Source of the DNA: Octopus sinensis
Taxonomy: Eukaryota
Assembly: GCF_006345805.1 (NCBI RefSeq)
Contig: NC_043015.1
Span: forward strand, 51,460,001 to 51,524,000
DNA length: 64,000 bases
Direction: 5' to 3'
Part shown: positions 11,388 through 24,783 of the stretch, piece after piece
How the letters are laid out: every line of letters begins with the position of its first letter
Numbering within the stretch: the stretch's first letter is position 1
Translations under genes and position numbers: made by a program
The notes under the pieces: generated by a model
Told to the model about the DNA's origin: nothing
What the model saw: the letters and a program-made list of their open reading frames with translations, nothing else
The model's database searches: none

Positions 11388-12215
11388 ATATGCATATATA
11401 TATATATATATATAAATAAAGCTTATAAGTGATCCTCTAAAACATAGTCTAATATCGAGGTGTATGAGCCCCCATATGGAAAACCTACTCTTTTCTGTCG
11501 AGGGCTTATATGCACCAGTATTAGACTATTTTAAGGTGCGGGCTGGCAGGAATGTTAGCACACTGGACGAAATGCTTAGTGGTATTTTGTCTGTCTTTAC
11601 ATTCTGAATTCAAATTCCGCTAAGGTTGACTTTGCTTTTCATCCTTTTGGAGTTGATAAATTAAGTACCAGTTATGTACTGGAGTCGATCTAATTGACTG
11701 GCACCCCCTCCCCCCAAAAAGAAATTTCGGGCCTTGTGCCTAGAGTAGGAAAGAATATTAGACTATTTTCTTTAGTTAGTGCATGGTGATTGCTTATAAG
11801 CTTATAAATTATCATTATTATTATTTTTCAGAATATATATATATATATATGAATATACATAGACAAAAAGAAAACAAAGCCTGAAGATTTTCAGATGATA
11901 TACTTAAAATATAAATATATAGATGATGTCTAGAAATGTTAATCGTCTGAAAATCTCAAGTTTTTACTTGCTTTCTCTTTACACACACATATATATAATC
12001 ATTATCATCATCCAATGTTTTAAATCTGGGTTTTGTCCCTGTTTACAGTGATGACCAGATCTCCCTCAATGCCATAGCAACCGAGGTACGCAGGTGTAGT
12101 CCACTCCAAACTTTGGGCTGGCTGGTGCCCATACTTCCTTGCTATCATGAGGCTTTTTTGGCGCTGTATTTTCTACAGCCCGGATTGAGGCCCAACCTTC
12201 CTATTTCTATTGCAG

Positions 12216-12285
12216 GGCTTACAAAAACTGAAGGATCACTTTGCAGTGGTCCTTCAGCTTTTGTTAAGGCCTGTAAAAGAAATAG
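12216..12285 (+). CDS. Candidate internal exon (GLQKLKDHFAVVLQLLLRPVKEI or LTKTEGSLCSGPSAFVKACKRN)
   Basis: Acceptor ccttcctatttctattgcag|, donor ag|gtgtgt; two frames are open. Confidence 0.3.
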
Positions 12286-12814
12286 GTGTGTGAATCTGAC
12301 AGGAGAATATGTTGAGTAAAATCATAATTACCTGATCCTTCATAGAAAAAACTGAAAGACAACTAGAAGAACTGTATGAATCTGAGAGGAGAATCATCAT
12401 CGTCGTCATCATCTTTGTTTAACATCCTCCTGCCATGGGTCGGACAGTTTGACAGGAGCTGGCCAGGTAGAAGACTACACCATACATCTGTTTCTGTTTT
12501 GGCATATTTAAAAAAAATTTTATGGCTGGATGCTCTTCTTAAAGAATAATGATTATGGTCAGCTCTTCTGGTGACGTCGATGTTCGCCTGGGGCTAAATG
12601 CATCAGTAACACCCCCACCACCCCACCCTGACCCTAGCCACATTCAGATGGCTGATCCCTCTTATGGCATAATTAACTGACTGTCTTGTATTTTCTTTTA
12701 CCCAAAGCCAGGAATTTTTCATCACCACCCCATCATAATTCTTCCACACTGTGGTTAAGACTTATTAAACTTTAATGATAGTGAGAAATAGTGGAGACAG
12801 CAATCAGCTTTCAC

Positions 12815-13135
12815 CTTTTCTCCTATCCATTTGTATATCAACCTATCTATATGATGTGCATATAAATATACATGGAGATTTTATGATCATTATTATAAAT
12901 TTTTGTGAAATCTGTCTATCTGTAACATAGCTTCCAGTTTGGTTCACAACTGCTCACTCTCTCCTTCTCTCTCTGTATATATATTATTCACATTTTTCCC
13001 TATCCATTTGTATATCAATCTATTTATATAATGTGCATATAAATAACATTTCATACATGTATTATAATCATTATTGTACTTTTTGTGAAATCAAGTCTGT
13101 CTGTGACGTAGCTTTTAGTTTGGTTCATAGCTTAT

Positions 13136-13155
<20 letters not shown>
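12815..13155 (+). repeat. Diverged tandem duplication, ~175-bp unit x2
   Basis: cctatccatttgtatatcaa...gtgcatataaata...ttttgtgaaatc...gtttggttca occurs twice. Confidence 0.75.
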
Positions 13156-13166
<11 letters not shown>

Positions 13167-13198
13167 TATATATATAATATATATATAATATATATATA

Positions 13199-14468
13199 CG
13201 AGGGGCGTTCAATAAGTAATGCCCCTGACCCACTTGCAGTTGTTTGATCTAGCTGAAATTTTGCATGTGCACTTATTTATACCTCTATAGATTAAGTGGC
13301 AAATTACAGCTCTGAACTAATTGTGGTTTCTGATTTACAGGTGTTTGAACCGAGTCAAGTGTGAAATGGAGCCTGTTGAGTGTCGAGCAGTGATCTGGTT
13401 TTTGTATTTGAAAGGACGCACACCACGGGAGACTTTTGATGAAATGAAAGTAACTTATGGTGATGATGCCCCATCATATGACCTTGTAAAACGCTGGCAT
13501 TGTGAATTCAAACATAGTCGGAACTCTGTGGAAACAGCTCCCAGATCTGGTTGCCCCCTTCTGCCGTTGATGAGATGTCTGTCCATCAAGTTGAGGCTGC
13601 CATTTTGGAAGGTCAACGCATAACTATTCGCCAAATAGCCCATAAGGTCAAGATTAGTACCGGGTCTGTGGAAACTATCATTCATGACCATTTGTATATG
13701 CAAAAGGTGTCTGCCAGATGGATTTCCAGGTTGCTCACACCTTTCCAGAAGCAAGAACGCGTTGAGTGCTCGAGGATGAATTTGGAGATGTGCCAAGAAG
13801 ATGAGTCAAAACTTTTCAAAAGACTGATCACACAGGATAAAACCTGGGTCCATCACTATGATCCATAGACCAAAGCCCAGTCAATGCAGTGAAAGCACCG
13901 TGACTCACCTCCTCCAAAGAAGGCAAGGGTGCAGCCCTCCGCTGACAAGGTTATGCTCACAGTCTTCTGGGACCAGGACGGAGTAGTGATGACAGATTTC
14001 CTGGCAAAGGGTACCACAATTACAGGAGCCTATTATGCTTCACTTTTGAGGAAATTAAGAGAAGCTATCAAAATCAAGAGGCGGGGCAAGATCAGCAAAG
14101 GCATCCTCCTCCTGCAGGACAACGCTCCGGTCCACAACTCGCGTGTCGCCAGATCAGAAGCACAGGCGTGCAGCTATGAACTCCTCCCCTTGCACCCTCT
14201 GATTTTCACCTCTTCCCAGCCATGAAGTTGATTTTGAAAGGAAAGCGTTTCCCAGATGATGCAGCCTTGATTTCTGAAGTCACGTCGTTGTTGGAGGACC
14301 AAGCTGAGGTCTTCTACAAAAATGCTCTCCAGAGCTGTATCAAACGATGGGAGAAATGCATAACTCTGGGTAGTTCCTATGTACGAAAAGACTAATAACT
14401 GTGCCAAGTGTCGTTGCTCTACTGCTATGGGAAGTGGGTCAGGGGCATTACTTATTGAACGCCTCTCG
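13199..14468 (+). mobile_element. Full-length inactive mariner (DD34D-type) transposon
   Basis: 37-bp TIRs cgagg/aggcgttcaataagtaatgcccctgacccactt with 1 mismatch; TA flanks inside (TA)n; 1270 bp. Confidence 0.95.
13366..14395 (+). pseudogene. Mariner transposase pseudogene
   Basis: MEPVECRAVI...APRSG, VSARWI, ITQDKTWVHHYDP, LLLQDNAPVH, SDFHLFP; frameshift near 13555, stops, deletion across the YSPDL motif. Confidence 0.92.
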
Positions 14469-14665
14469 TATATATATATATATATATATATATACATACA
14501 CATTGTGTGTGTATATGAATGTATGTATGCAAGTATGTATGTATGCAAGTATGTATGTATGCAAGTATGTACGTATGTAAGTATGTATATATGCAAGTAT
14601 GTATGTATATATGTATGAATGTATGGGAACAGACACATACTTCTGAACACTCATTAAAGACATTT

Positions 14666-14965
14666 GAGCACATGGCCTAGTGGTTAGAGCAGCAGGTTCG
14701 CGGTTGATAGATCACAGATTCGAATCTCAGACCATGCAATATGTGTGTTTATGAGCGAAACACCTAAACTCCACGCGGCTCCGGCAGAAGGTAATGGCGA
14801 ACTTCTGCTGACTCTTTCGCCATAACTTTCTCTCACTCTTTCCTCCTGCATCTTGCAGCTCACCTGCAATAGACCGGTGTCCCGTCCAGGTGGGGAACCT
14901 ATACGCCAAGGAAACTGGGAAACCGGCCCTATGAGCCAAGCATGGCTCGAGAAGGAAAAAACAAC
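14666..14965 (+). mobile_element. SINE family D (tRNA head; gaccggtgtcccgtccagg core reminiscent of V-SINEs)
   Basis: A-box tggcctagtggt and B-box gattcgaatc; second copy at 24484-24783. Confidence 0.75.
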
Positions 14966-14992
14966 AATATATATGTGTGTGTGTATATATAT

Positions 14993-15034
<42 letters not shown>

Positions 15035-16199
15035 TACATATATATGTACATATATACATGTCTATATACACATATATACGCACATACACATATATTCATA
15101 CACATATACGTATATATCTATATATATTTATATGTATAGATATTTAAGATCTATCTCCCTTACAGGGCTGATAGAATTGGCCGCCGATTATTCGCGGGGT
15201 TTCTCTTCCCTTCTCTCCCCCTCTTTCACATTGTCTGGACTCCTCTCTCTCTTCCTACTCCTCTCCATGGCTATGCATACTTAAGCTAGTAACCTGCCTC
15301 ATTCTTGATTCCGAATTCCTTTTGCCAAGTCTGTCCGTAAACGAAGTGATCCCAAGATAAGAAATCTTTGAACTTTAATTCATCCCGTATCTCTATTTAT
15401 TATTATTTATTATTTATTACTTATTATTTATCATTATTCTGATCCCCCTAGTCGCCACTCTGTTTACTATTTCAGCCTCGCCTCGTTTTTGCATATTCTG
15501 TATAATTCATTAGTTATCGTTATAGATATTTAAGATCTATCTCCCTTACAGGGCTGATATAATTGGCCGCCGATTATTCGCGGCGCGCCCGCCCTACCCA
15601 CCCCCACCACCAAAACCGGATATCTCTATTTTGCTCCAACTATACCGGATGTCGTTTCTCCCACCACCATTATAGGTGTCTACTCTTTGAACCCCCCTCT
15701 TCAATACGCTATTTCACCATGCATTACCCCTCTCTTGATATCCTACGTTCTACTTGCCTAGAACCTGTCCTCTGAACCACCCCTCCCACTGGTGCTCCCC
15801 TATATTTCTGCACCCCCCCCATAAAAAGCACCATCCGAACGTGGCCGATGCCAGACCCCTCTGGCACCTGTGCAGGTGGCACGTAAAAAACACCCACTAC
15901 ACTCGCGGAGTGGTTGGCGTTAGGAAGGGCATCCAGCTGTAGAAACACTGCCAGACTAGACTGGAGCCTGGGGCAGTCCCAAGCTCCCCAGACCCCGGTC
16001 GAAACCGTCCAACCCGTGCTAGCGCGGAAAACGGATGTTAAACGATGATGATGATGATACACACATATATATACACATGCACATATATATACATATACAC
16101 ACGCACACACACACATATATATACACACACATGCACACACACACAGACAGATATACACACACATGCACACACACACAGATATATATATACACACCCATA

Positions 16200-16640
16200 T
16201 ATATTTATAAGAATTTTTAACACTAACTTAAAAGTGGTGTTATTGTATGGTCTGAGGCATGGTGAACAAATAAGCAAATACAATCATTCATTAACAGGTG
16301 CTTGCGTAGTATACTTAAAATTAGATGGCCCGAACACATAAGCAATATAGAGCTATGGCAAAAAATAAATCAAGTTTCGATTAGGGAGCAAATATGGAAG
16401 TGGAAGTGGATTGGTAGCACAATTAGAAAAGCCACACCAAATGTAGCGAAAAGTTCTTTAAAGTGGAATCTGGATGGATATAGAAAGAAAGGTAGGCCTA
16501 AGAACTCGTGGTGGAGATCAACACAAAAGGAACTAGAGAAAAGGGGACATTCGTGGCAGCGTATAAGTACAAAAGTCAAATTTTATGCGACATGGAATTC
16601 AACAATAAGTGGCCTATACTCCGTGTTTGGGGGTTAAAGA
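16200..16640 (+). mobile_element. Decayed RTE-clade LINE, RT C-terminal region
   Basis: RIFNTNLKVVLLYG, RSILKIRWPEHISNIELW, WKWIGSTIRK, WNLDGYRKKGRPKNSW; frameshifted. Confidence 0.85.
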
Positions 16641-17979
16641 CATAAAGAAAGATATTTATAAATATATGTGTATGTATGGCACGTCTGTGCAGGTGGCACA
16701 TAAAAAGCACCATTTGGGCATGGCCAGTTCCACCATACTGGCATGTAAAAGCACCCACTACACTCTCGGAGTGGTTGGCGTTAGGAAGGGCATCCAGCTG
16801 TAGAAACTCTGCCAGATCAAGATTTGGTTCACCAGAGCTCAGTCAAATCGTCCAACCCATGCTAGCATGGAAAGCAGATGTTAAATGATGATGATAATAT
16901 ATATCCCCTCTGTGAGCTGGTTGGTATTATGGCATCCAACTGTAGAAACTTTGTCGAAACAGACAGACGGAACCTGTTGCAGCAAGTCTCCAGCCTCGTC
17001 AGCTCCTCTCAAACTATCCAGCCCATGCTAGCATGGAAAATGGACGTACGTTAAACACGATGATGATGATTCTTATTTCATTCTTTTTCTTGTATCAGTC
17101 ATTGAACTCTGGCCATGCTGGGGCAGAAACTTAAAGGGTCCTTTCTTTTTTCAATCAAATGGCACCTAGTACTTTATTTAACTATAGTACTTATCATACA
17201 GGTCTCCCTCTTTTTTTTAAATTTTTGGCAAGCAGCATAATTTTTACTCATTGCCTGTCACAAAGACTTGTATGTGCACTTATCCTACATCTCTCTTACT
17301 CTCTCCTCCCTCTCTTTCTCTATACAGTGTAAAATGTGACTAGGGAAATCAACCAGCCTACCAACCAACATTTGTTTATATCAGCTATTATTAGAGGGAC
17401 ATACGAGAGAAAGAGAGAGAGAGGGGGGTGTATGAATGAGAAGGAGAGAGTTTGAATTATTTTGTTTTTCCCTTCTTTCCCTTCTATCTGTCTTTCTTTT
17501 TTATAGACCTTACAACTTTGAAACTTATATCCCCGCCACCACCGCCATCAACACCACCACCACCACCACCACCACCAGTCTATAAGAGCAGTTTCGTCTC
17601 ATTATTGACTCATCACGGCAGCCGGCTACTGTGTTATTCTGACCAGATTTTGTGCTCCACTCTAATAATTTTGTTATTATCTGCTAAAATTAAATATGAT
17701 GCTTGTTTTGTTTTTTTTATATATATATTTTTATTATTTATTATCAGTAAAAGCAAAGGATATTTAATAACAGTCTTATGGAAAAATAAAAAAAAAGCAA
17801 AAAAAAACAACAAAACAAAACAAAACCATAAAAAAGATCTTTATTGATCTCCTAACGCCAACTATATTATTAAATGCTTCTATTACTTAGATTTAATAAC
17901 TGTACTATATACAGTGTATAGTACTTAGCTGAGGTTCTAGACAAGTCAGTTTGACTGACTTCATTTTTCATTGCTCCAG

Positions 17980-18040
17980 TGAAAATCTAAAGAAACTGTG
18001 CAACTTAGTGAGAAAAATTGAACAACTAATGAAGAACTAA
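17980..18040 (+). CDS. Candidate terminal exon (ENLKKLCNLVRKIEQLMKN*)
   Basis: Acceptor tcatttttcattgctccag| and a helical-looking open frame. Confidence 0.25.
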
Positions 18041-18174
18041 AAGTGTTGTTGCTCTATTCTACTATATTCTCCGATTGGCGCCTGTTCAATGAGCCAAAAA
18101 AGGAGTTCATTCCAGTAAAGGAATTCTCTAAGTAGTTGCTCATTCTGTTAGAATTAGCCATCATAGACACAAGA

Positions 18175-18589
18175 GGAGTGGCTGTGTGGTAAGTAGCTTG
18201 CTAACCAGCCACATGGTTCCGGGTTCAGTCCCACTGTGTGGCACCTTGGGCAAGTGTCTTCTGCTATAGCCCCGGGCCGATCAATGCCTTGTGAGTGGAT
18301 TTGGTAGACGGAAACTGAAAGAAGCCTGTCGTATATATGTATATATATATATATATATATCTATGTATGTATGTATGTGTGTGTGTCTGTGTTTGTACCC
18401 CCTAGCATTGCTTGACAACCGATGCTGGTGTGTTTACGTCCCCGTCACTTTGTGGTTCGGCAAAAAGAGACCGATTTGAATAAGTACTGGGCTTACAAAG
18501 AATAAGTCCCAGGGTCGATTTGCTCGACTAAAGGTGGTGCTCCAGCATGGCCGCAGTTAAATGACTGAAACAAGTAAAAAAAAAAAAAA
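18175..18589 (+). mobile_element. SINE family A, full length
   Basis: ggagtggctgtgtggtaag head, CORE-like motif, TA/TG centre, gactgaaacaagt followed by an A-run. Confidence 0.9.
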
Positions 18590-18639
18590 TGTCTTGATTG
18601 AATCACGCACACACACACACACACACACAATAGCACACC

Positions 18640-19010
18640 CTAGCACTCTGTCCGTTATGGCAATGAGGGTTCCAGCTGATCCGATCAACGGAACAGCCTG
18701 CTCGTGAAATTAATGTGCAAGTGGCTGAGCGCTCCACAGACATGTATATCCTTAATGTAGTTCTTGGGGAGATTCAGCGTGACACAGAGTTTGACAAGGC
18801 TGGCCCTTTGAAATACAGGTACAACAGAAACAGGAAGAAAGAGTGAGAAAAAGCTGTGGTAAAAGAGTACAGCAGGGTTTGCCACCACCCCCTGCCATAG
18901 CCTTTTGGAGCTTGAAGTGTTTTCACTCAATAAACACTCACAATGCCTGGTCTGGGAATCAAAACCGCGATCCTACGACTGCAAATCTTCTGCCCTAACC
19001 ACTAGGCCAT
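18640..19010 (-). mobile_element. SINE family E (tRNA head; gcacgttaatttcacgagcaggctgttccgttgatcggatc 3' region)
   Basis: Other copies at 43375-43955, 49795-50087 and 56878-57143. Confidence 0.8.
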
Positions 19011-20773
19011 TGCCACACACACTCGAACACATTACAAAAGTGTGGCTGTGTGGTAAGAAGTTTGCATCCCAACTACCTGATTCCAGGTTCAGTCCCACTG
19101 TGTGTGGCACCTTCTGTCACACACAGACTGACAGAAACACACTTGCAGTTTCTGTCAACTGAATTCTTTCACAACTTATTCTTTCCTTTTCTATGCTCAA
19201 GGTCTGGAATTTTAGGGGAGGGGGCCAGTCGATTAGATCGACTCCAGTACGCAACTGGTACGTAATTTATTGACCCCAAAAGGATGAAAGGCAATTTCGC
19301 CCGGAGTGCTACTGCTTCTGCCAGCTCGCTGCCTTTAAATAATCTTTTCTTCTCTAGGCACAAAGCCCGAAATTTTTGGGGAGGGAAGGGGCCCAGTCAA
19401 TTAGATTGACCCCAATATGTGAATGGTACTTAATTTATCGAGCCTCAAAGGATGAAAGCCAAAGTTGACCTCAGCAGAATTTGAACTCAGAATGTAAAGA
19501 CAGTTGAAATACCACTAAGCATTTTGCCTGACATGACATGCTAACATTTCTGCCAGCTCACTGCGTTTTACAACATATTGGTTGCCTCATGGATCAAGTA
19601 GTAGATCACTTGGCTAAGTTGAGATGTAGTGGAACTGAACCCAAAGCAACATGGCTCAGAAATGAACTTATTAAGCACACAGCCATGCCTGCATATATGC
19701 ATATACATATATATTAGAAAGGCAGTGAGCTGGCAGAATTGTTAGCATGCTGGGCAAAATGCTTAGCAGTATTTCATCCATCCTTACGTTCCACTGAGGT
19801 CGACTGCATTTCATCCTTTCAGGGTCAATCGACTTAATCCCTTTGTCCTTGTTTGTCCCCTTGTGGGCAATAGAGAAATAAATATGTATATATATTAGAA
19901 AGAAAGAATCAAAATGAAAGCAAAAAATGTGGTGTCACTTAAGAACATGTAATTTATAATCCAAACATAATTGCAAAGTTGTTAGAGTAAATAAGGGATT
20001 AAGAATTAATGCATAAAATCTCCTACAGCTGTTTCTAGAATTGTTGCACACATGGTACATAGGTCATTGAGCAAAAATGTCCATATAAGCCAACAATACT
20101 CTCTGATGATGAAACTGGTAACTACTAATATCCTTTATTGAGGATATTCTTTAATTCTTCCGCTCTGAAAATTGGGCAGTTGTCTTATATGGAAATCTTT
20201 ACTTAATGAGAAATGCACCATATTCACTGCAATTATGTTTGAATTTACATGTTCCAAAGTGATACTACTTGTTTTGCTCATTCATTCTTTCTTTCTAATA
20301 TATATCTTTTTGCTCAATGATAAACCACTTATAGCCATTCTTTGCTAGGCAGCTACAAAACCACTTTTGTTTTAGTTGCAGTTTGAACCAGAGCTTTTGT
20401 GGTAAATCAACTTGAGCACTTATAGTACATACCTTTTACATTATGTAGTTAGATGGCATTTTTTTATGCATACACACACACACACATGCACATATACATG
20501 CATATACAAATATGTATATGTTCACATGTGTGTGTGTATATATATATATATGTATGTGTGTGTTTGCATTTGTGTATGTATATATACTAACACATACATA
20601 TATACACACTAATGACTCATCATTGTTTGTTTGTGTAGCGGTATGGTACTAGTGTATTATTGTTTTGGTAAAATCGACCAAAAGTTTTTTTTTCGTATTT
20701 CAGATTTTCAAAACCAGGTCACAAAATAGTTTTAATTCAAATGACTTATTTTTATTATTATCATTATTATTAC

Positions 20774-20836
<63 letters not shown>

Positions 20837-20939
20837 CATGTTTGTTATAATAATGTAGTGGTAACTATCTTTGTAAAAGTAAATTTATTTTGTTATTTAA
20901 ATTTCACAATGCATTTTGATTTAACAATAACAAATGCAG

Positions 20940-21016
20940 TTTCACCTGAAGTTATAAAATTATGTGAAGAAAATTATAAAAATATAAAAATAAAATGTTT
21001 GAAGCAGACATGTACG
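20940..21016 (+). CDS. Candidate internal exon (SPEVIKLCEENYKNIKIKCLKQTCT)
   Basis: gcag| acceptor (weak) and |gtcagt donor; ends in phase 0, compatible with the 21688 exon. Confidence 0.25.
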
Positions 21017-21687
21017 GTCAGTGAACGGAACTTTTGATAAACCAAATCAAAATAAACGAATTTTGTTGAAATATCTTTTAAAGTATTGTCAGTTTAAAAC
21101 TAAATAACTATGTTGAATATCTCTTAGCATTCACTTTAAGTGTAGGCATGGCTGTGTGGTAAGGGAGCATGTTTTGTAACCAGGTAGTTTGGGGTTCAGT
21201 CTCAGTGCATGGCACCTTGGGCAAATGTCTTCTTCTATCTCTCTGGGTTATAATTATATCTATATAATTATATTTCAGTAGTTAATGCAAACATGAACAA
21301 GAAGAAAACACAACAACGCGAGGACGTGGAACAAGTATAGTGTTATTGGACGCTCAGGAAAGGAAATATATATGGGTGGGGCAGCTGTGGTTGTGGCAAC
21401 TTGGGCAAGTGTACACTGCATCTTATTTGCAGAAACAGCTGTTAGTTAACAAAGTTCATAAGACAATTGTTTATTCTTATGTCATCTCTTTTCCTTACGA
21501 CCACTCTGCACTCGACTAATGCTTCATTCTGTACATTGTGTTCTACACCTGGTTATTTATATCGCAACTCTTAACCAAAAATTACACACACACACATTAT
21601 GGGGTTCATTCAGGTTCCACTCATGAAGCATTTTTTGTGTATATATTTCTACCTTTTAATTCATTCTTGTTCTGTTTTCCATTGCAG

Positions 21688-21786
21688 ATGGAAGTGGAAT
21701 GGGAACAGGTGCAAGCTAAAATCGCCAAGGAATATCAACAGGAGAAAGAACGTTCACCTGCGGTGACGAGCAGCCGAATGAAGTAG
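21688..21786 (+). CDS. Candidate coding exon (MEVEWEQVQAKIAKEYQQEKERSPAVTSSRMK*)
   Basis: Strong acceptor ttcttgttctgttttccattgcag|; purine-rich and GC-elevated; gene not identified. Confidence 0.45.
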   Translation: MEVEWEQVQAKIAKEYQQEKERSPAVTSSRMK

Positions 21787-24054
21787 CCTTACTCAATCTG
21801 TCCACTGTGCTGTACTGGATGTATATTTCTTTGACCGGGTCACTGTACTTCTGTAGCATGGACTTGTTTCATGGGGGTCTCCATTTACTACGTGTATTCA
21901 TTCACCCATTCACACTGTTTCTCAGTCTTTGTCTCAAGCATACAATCATAGTTAAGTAGACGCCAGTATATTTGATGTAGTAAGTGAAGAAATGTAACTT
22001 ATGTGAATTATTATTATTATTATTATTAATATTATGGTGGCAAGTTGGTAGAATTGTTAGCACGTTGGATGAAATGCTTAGCAGCATTTCATCTGTCTTT
22101 ATGTTCCGAGTTCAAATTCTGCCGAGGTCACTGTTGCCTTTCATCCTTTTGGGGTCGATAAATTAAGTACCAGTTGAGTATTGAGGTCAATATGATTGAC
22201 TGTCCCCCTCCCCAAAAAATCCAGGCCTTGTGCCTAGAGTAGAAAGGATTGTTGTTGTTATTATTATTATTATTATTAAGGTGGCGAGCTGGCAGAAACA
22301 TTAGCATGCCTGGCAAAATGTTTAGCAAGCATTTTGTCTGTTTGCATGTTCTGGGTTCAAATTCCACTGAGGTCAGCTTTGTCTATCATCCTTTCAAGGG
22401 TTGATAAATGAAGTACCAGCTGAACACTGGGGTCAATGTAATCAACTAGTACCCTCCTCCAAAATTCCTGGCCTTGTGCCAAAATTTGAAACTTGTTGTT
22501 GTTGTTGCTGCTATTATTATTATTATTTATTATTATTATTATTATTCTCTAAAAGGACAAGGGGCAAAGTGGCAGAATCATTAGAGCAGTGGAAGAAATG
22601 CTTTACAGTATTTATTCTGAATCTTTATATTCTGAGTTCGAATCCCACAAAAGTCGGCTTTACTTTTCATACCTCTGAGGTTGGTAATGTGTTGGATAAT
22701 TGTTGGAACATCACAATGAACTGCTTTGTGGGTTTTTTTTACTCTTTACATCATGAATTCAAATTCCATTAATGTTGGTTTTGACTTTCATCCTTTTGAT
22801 GTTCATGCAAAAAAAGTACCAATCAGATACTGGGGGTTGATAGTATTGATTACCACCCCCATCCCTCAAAAATTGCTGACCTTATGTTTCAATTTTGGAC
22901 ATATTCTCTAAAAGGACCAATTCTAGTTAAAATGGACATGGGAAACAATTTAAATTTTAATTGAAGTTTCTTGGTTTACTACATCACTTGTACTAGTGTC
23001 TACTCTACTATTATGTTTTTATGCAACAGACGTCCCTGGGTAATTTCTTCCTGGTCCTTTTTCTATACATTCATACTTATACAGATATTCACACAGACAC
23101 ACACCTTGCAGCCTATGTTTCTCTGATAAACTCTCTATTATTACCTGAATTCTGAGAAACATTTTTGCTTTTACATTGGTCATTTAGGGAAATTATTAAA
23201 ACAAACCCAATAAATCAATACCTATGTCATAACTATATCCTCAAATGATGAAAAACTGAAACACAAACTCAGTTGAATCACACATACCCCTAATCTGGTC
23301 AGTTTTTAGGGTGATGTTGTGCTGGGTTTCAAGCTGGGGTGGGCTTCACTTTAGGGACTCTAGGTTAAATTTCTTATCTCTTTTTATGTTTCAGTACCCT
23401 GTGGATGGGCCAGGTACTCTCCCAGTAACATTATAATTAATAGGTTTGCTTATATTTTCGCTCTAAAATTTTAATTATTTTTTATTCATTTTTCATTTCT
23501 AAGAACAAAAAATAAAATAATTAAAAAAAAACAAAACAATGTCAGCTATCAATTCATATTATTCTGTTGTTTATCTCCATCCACCCTTGCACTTTTGAAA
23601 TTTCAACAATATCATTGCTATTTTTAGAATGACATTGTAGGGTAGGTGTGAGAGGCTAAAACCGGTCAGTTTGAACATAAAACGGGTAGAATATTTTGGT
23701 TGGATGGAGCTGGTTTAAGTGCTAAAGGGTTAATGATACAGACTGGCTAACAAATGAGATCAGTTGAGCTTTTTAATGTATGTCCTCCTCCTTCTACTCA
23801 TTATTGTTCTGTCCCACTTCTTTACTTCAGCTTTCACTACATTTATTAGACATCCACTTCTGACCTCATCCACCATTTCACTGCTATGGGTTTCTAGTAA
23901 AGCAGACCTTGCTGCTCTGCCGGCTATACCCCTATCTATCTGAACCACCCCAGGAAGTTGAGCTGTGTTTGTCTGGACTCTTGAATGAAATTACTGTTAC
24001 GGTGAGCTAGTTTTGGAGATGTTATTCTCATCTTGATAAGACGAGCCATGTGCT

Positions 24055-24193
24055 GAAGTTTGTTCAGTCAAGTACCGTCATCCTTCCAGAAGTTTGTTCA
24101 GTCAAGAACTGTCATCCTTTCAGAAGTTTGTTCAGTCAAGAACTGTCATCTTTCCAGAAGTCTGTCCAGTCAAATACCGTCATCCCTCCAGAA
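24055..24193 (+). repeat. 34-bp minisatellite, 4 copies
   Basis: gaagtttgttcagtcaagaactgtcatccttcca at 24055, 24089, 24123 and 24157. Confidence 0.9.
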
Positions 24194-24483
24194 ATCTGAG
24201 GCTCAAACTTATTAAGACGGCAAACTGGCAGAATTGTTAGAGTGCCAGAAAAAATGCTTTTTGCAGTATTTCTTCTGACTTTTTCTATTCCAAATTCAAA
24301 TACTGAGATTGACTTTGCTTGTCAACCTTTTGGTGGAGTGAGGCCAGGGTTCATAAAATAAGTATCTGACAAGTACTTGGATCAATAGAATCAAATTACC
24401 TGCCTCCCCTCCAAATTTCTTGCTTTGTGCCAAAATTAGGATTATTATTTTTAATTATTATTAAACAGTAAGCTGACAGAAGT

Positions 24484-24783
24484 GGAGGCACATGGCCTAG
24501 TGGTTTGAGCAGCGGACTCACGGTCGAGGGATCGTGGGTTCGAATCTCAGACCGGGCGATATATGTGTTTATGAGTGGAACACCTAAGCACCACGCGGCT
24601 CCGGCAGAAGGTAATGGCAAACTTCTGCTGACTCTTTCGCCACAACTTTCTCTCACACTTTCTTCCTGCATCTTGCAGCTCACTTGCGACGGACCAGCGT
24701 CCTGTCCAGGTGGGGAACCTATACACCAAAGAAACCAAGAGACCGGCCCTTATGAGCCAGGCATGGCTCGAGAAGGAACAAAG
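24484..24783 (+). mobile_element. SINE family D copy
   Basis: Colinear with 14666-14965. Confidence 0.8.

Noticed and set aside
11885-11970. CTGAAGA followed by a gattttcaga/tctgaaaatc hairpin
   Set aside because: No correctly placed GAAA or stem I; a simple short inverted repeat
14666-14740. tRNA genes (this and other SINE heads)
   Set aside because: A- and B-box-like motifs continue into SINE bodies and no complete cloverleaf is present
17452-17847. Proline-rich ORF
   Set aside because: Driven by a (CCA)n tract; there is a good acceptor at ~17507 but the frame is ambiguous and no donor or homology was found
20100-20130. CTGATGA-T-GAAA-CTGG-TA as a hammerhead
   Set aside because: No stem II and no complementary stem I
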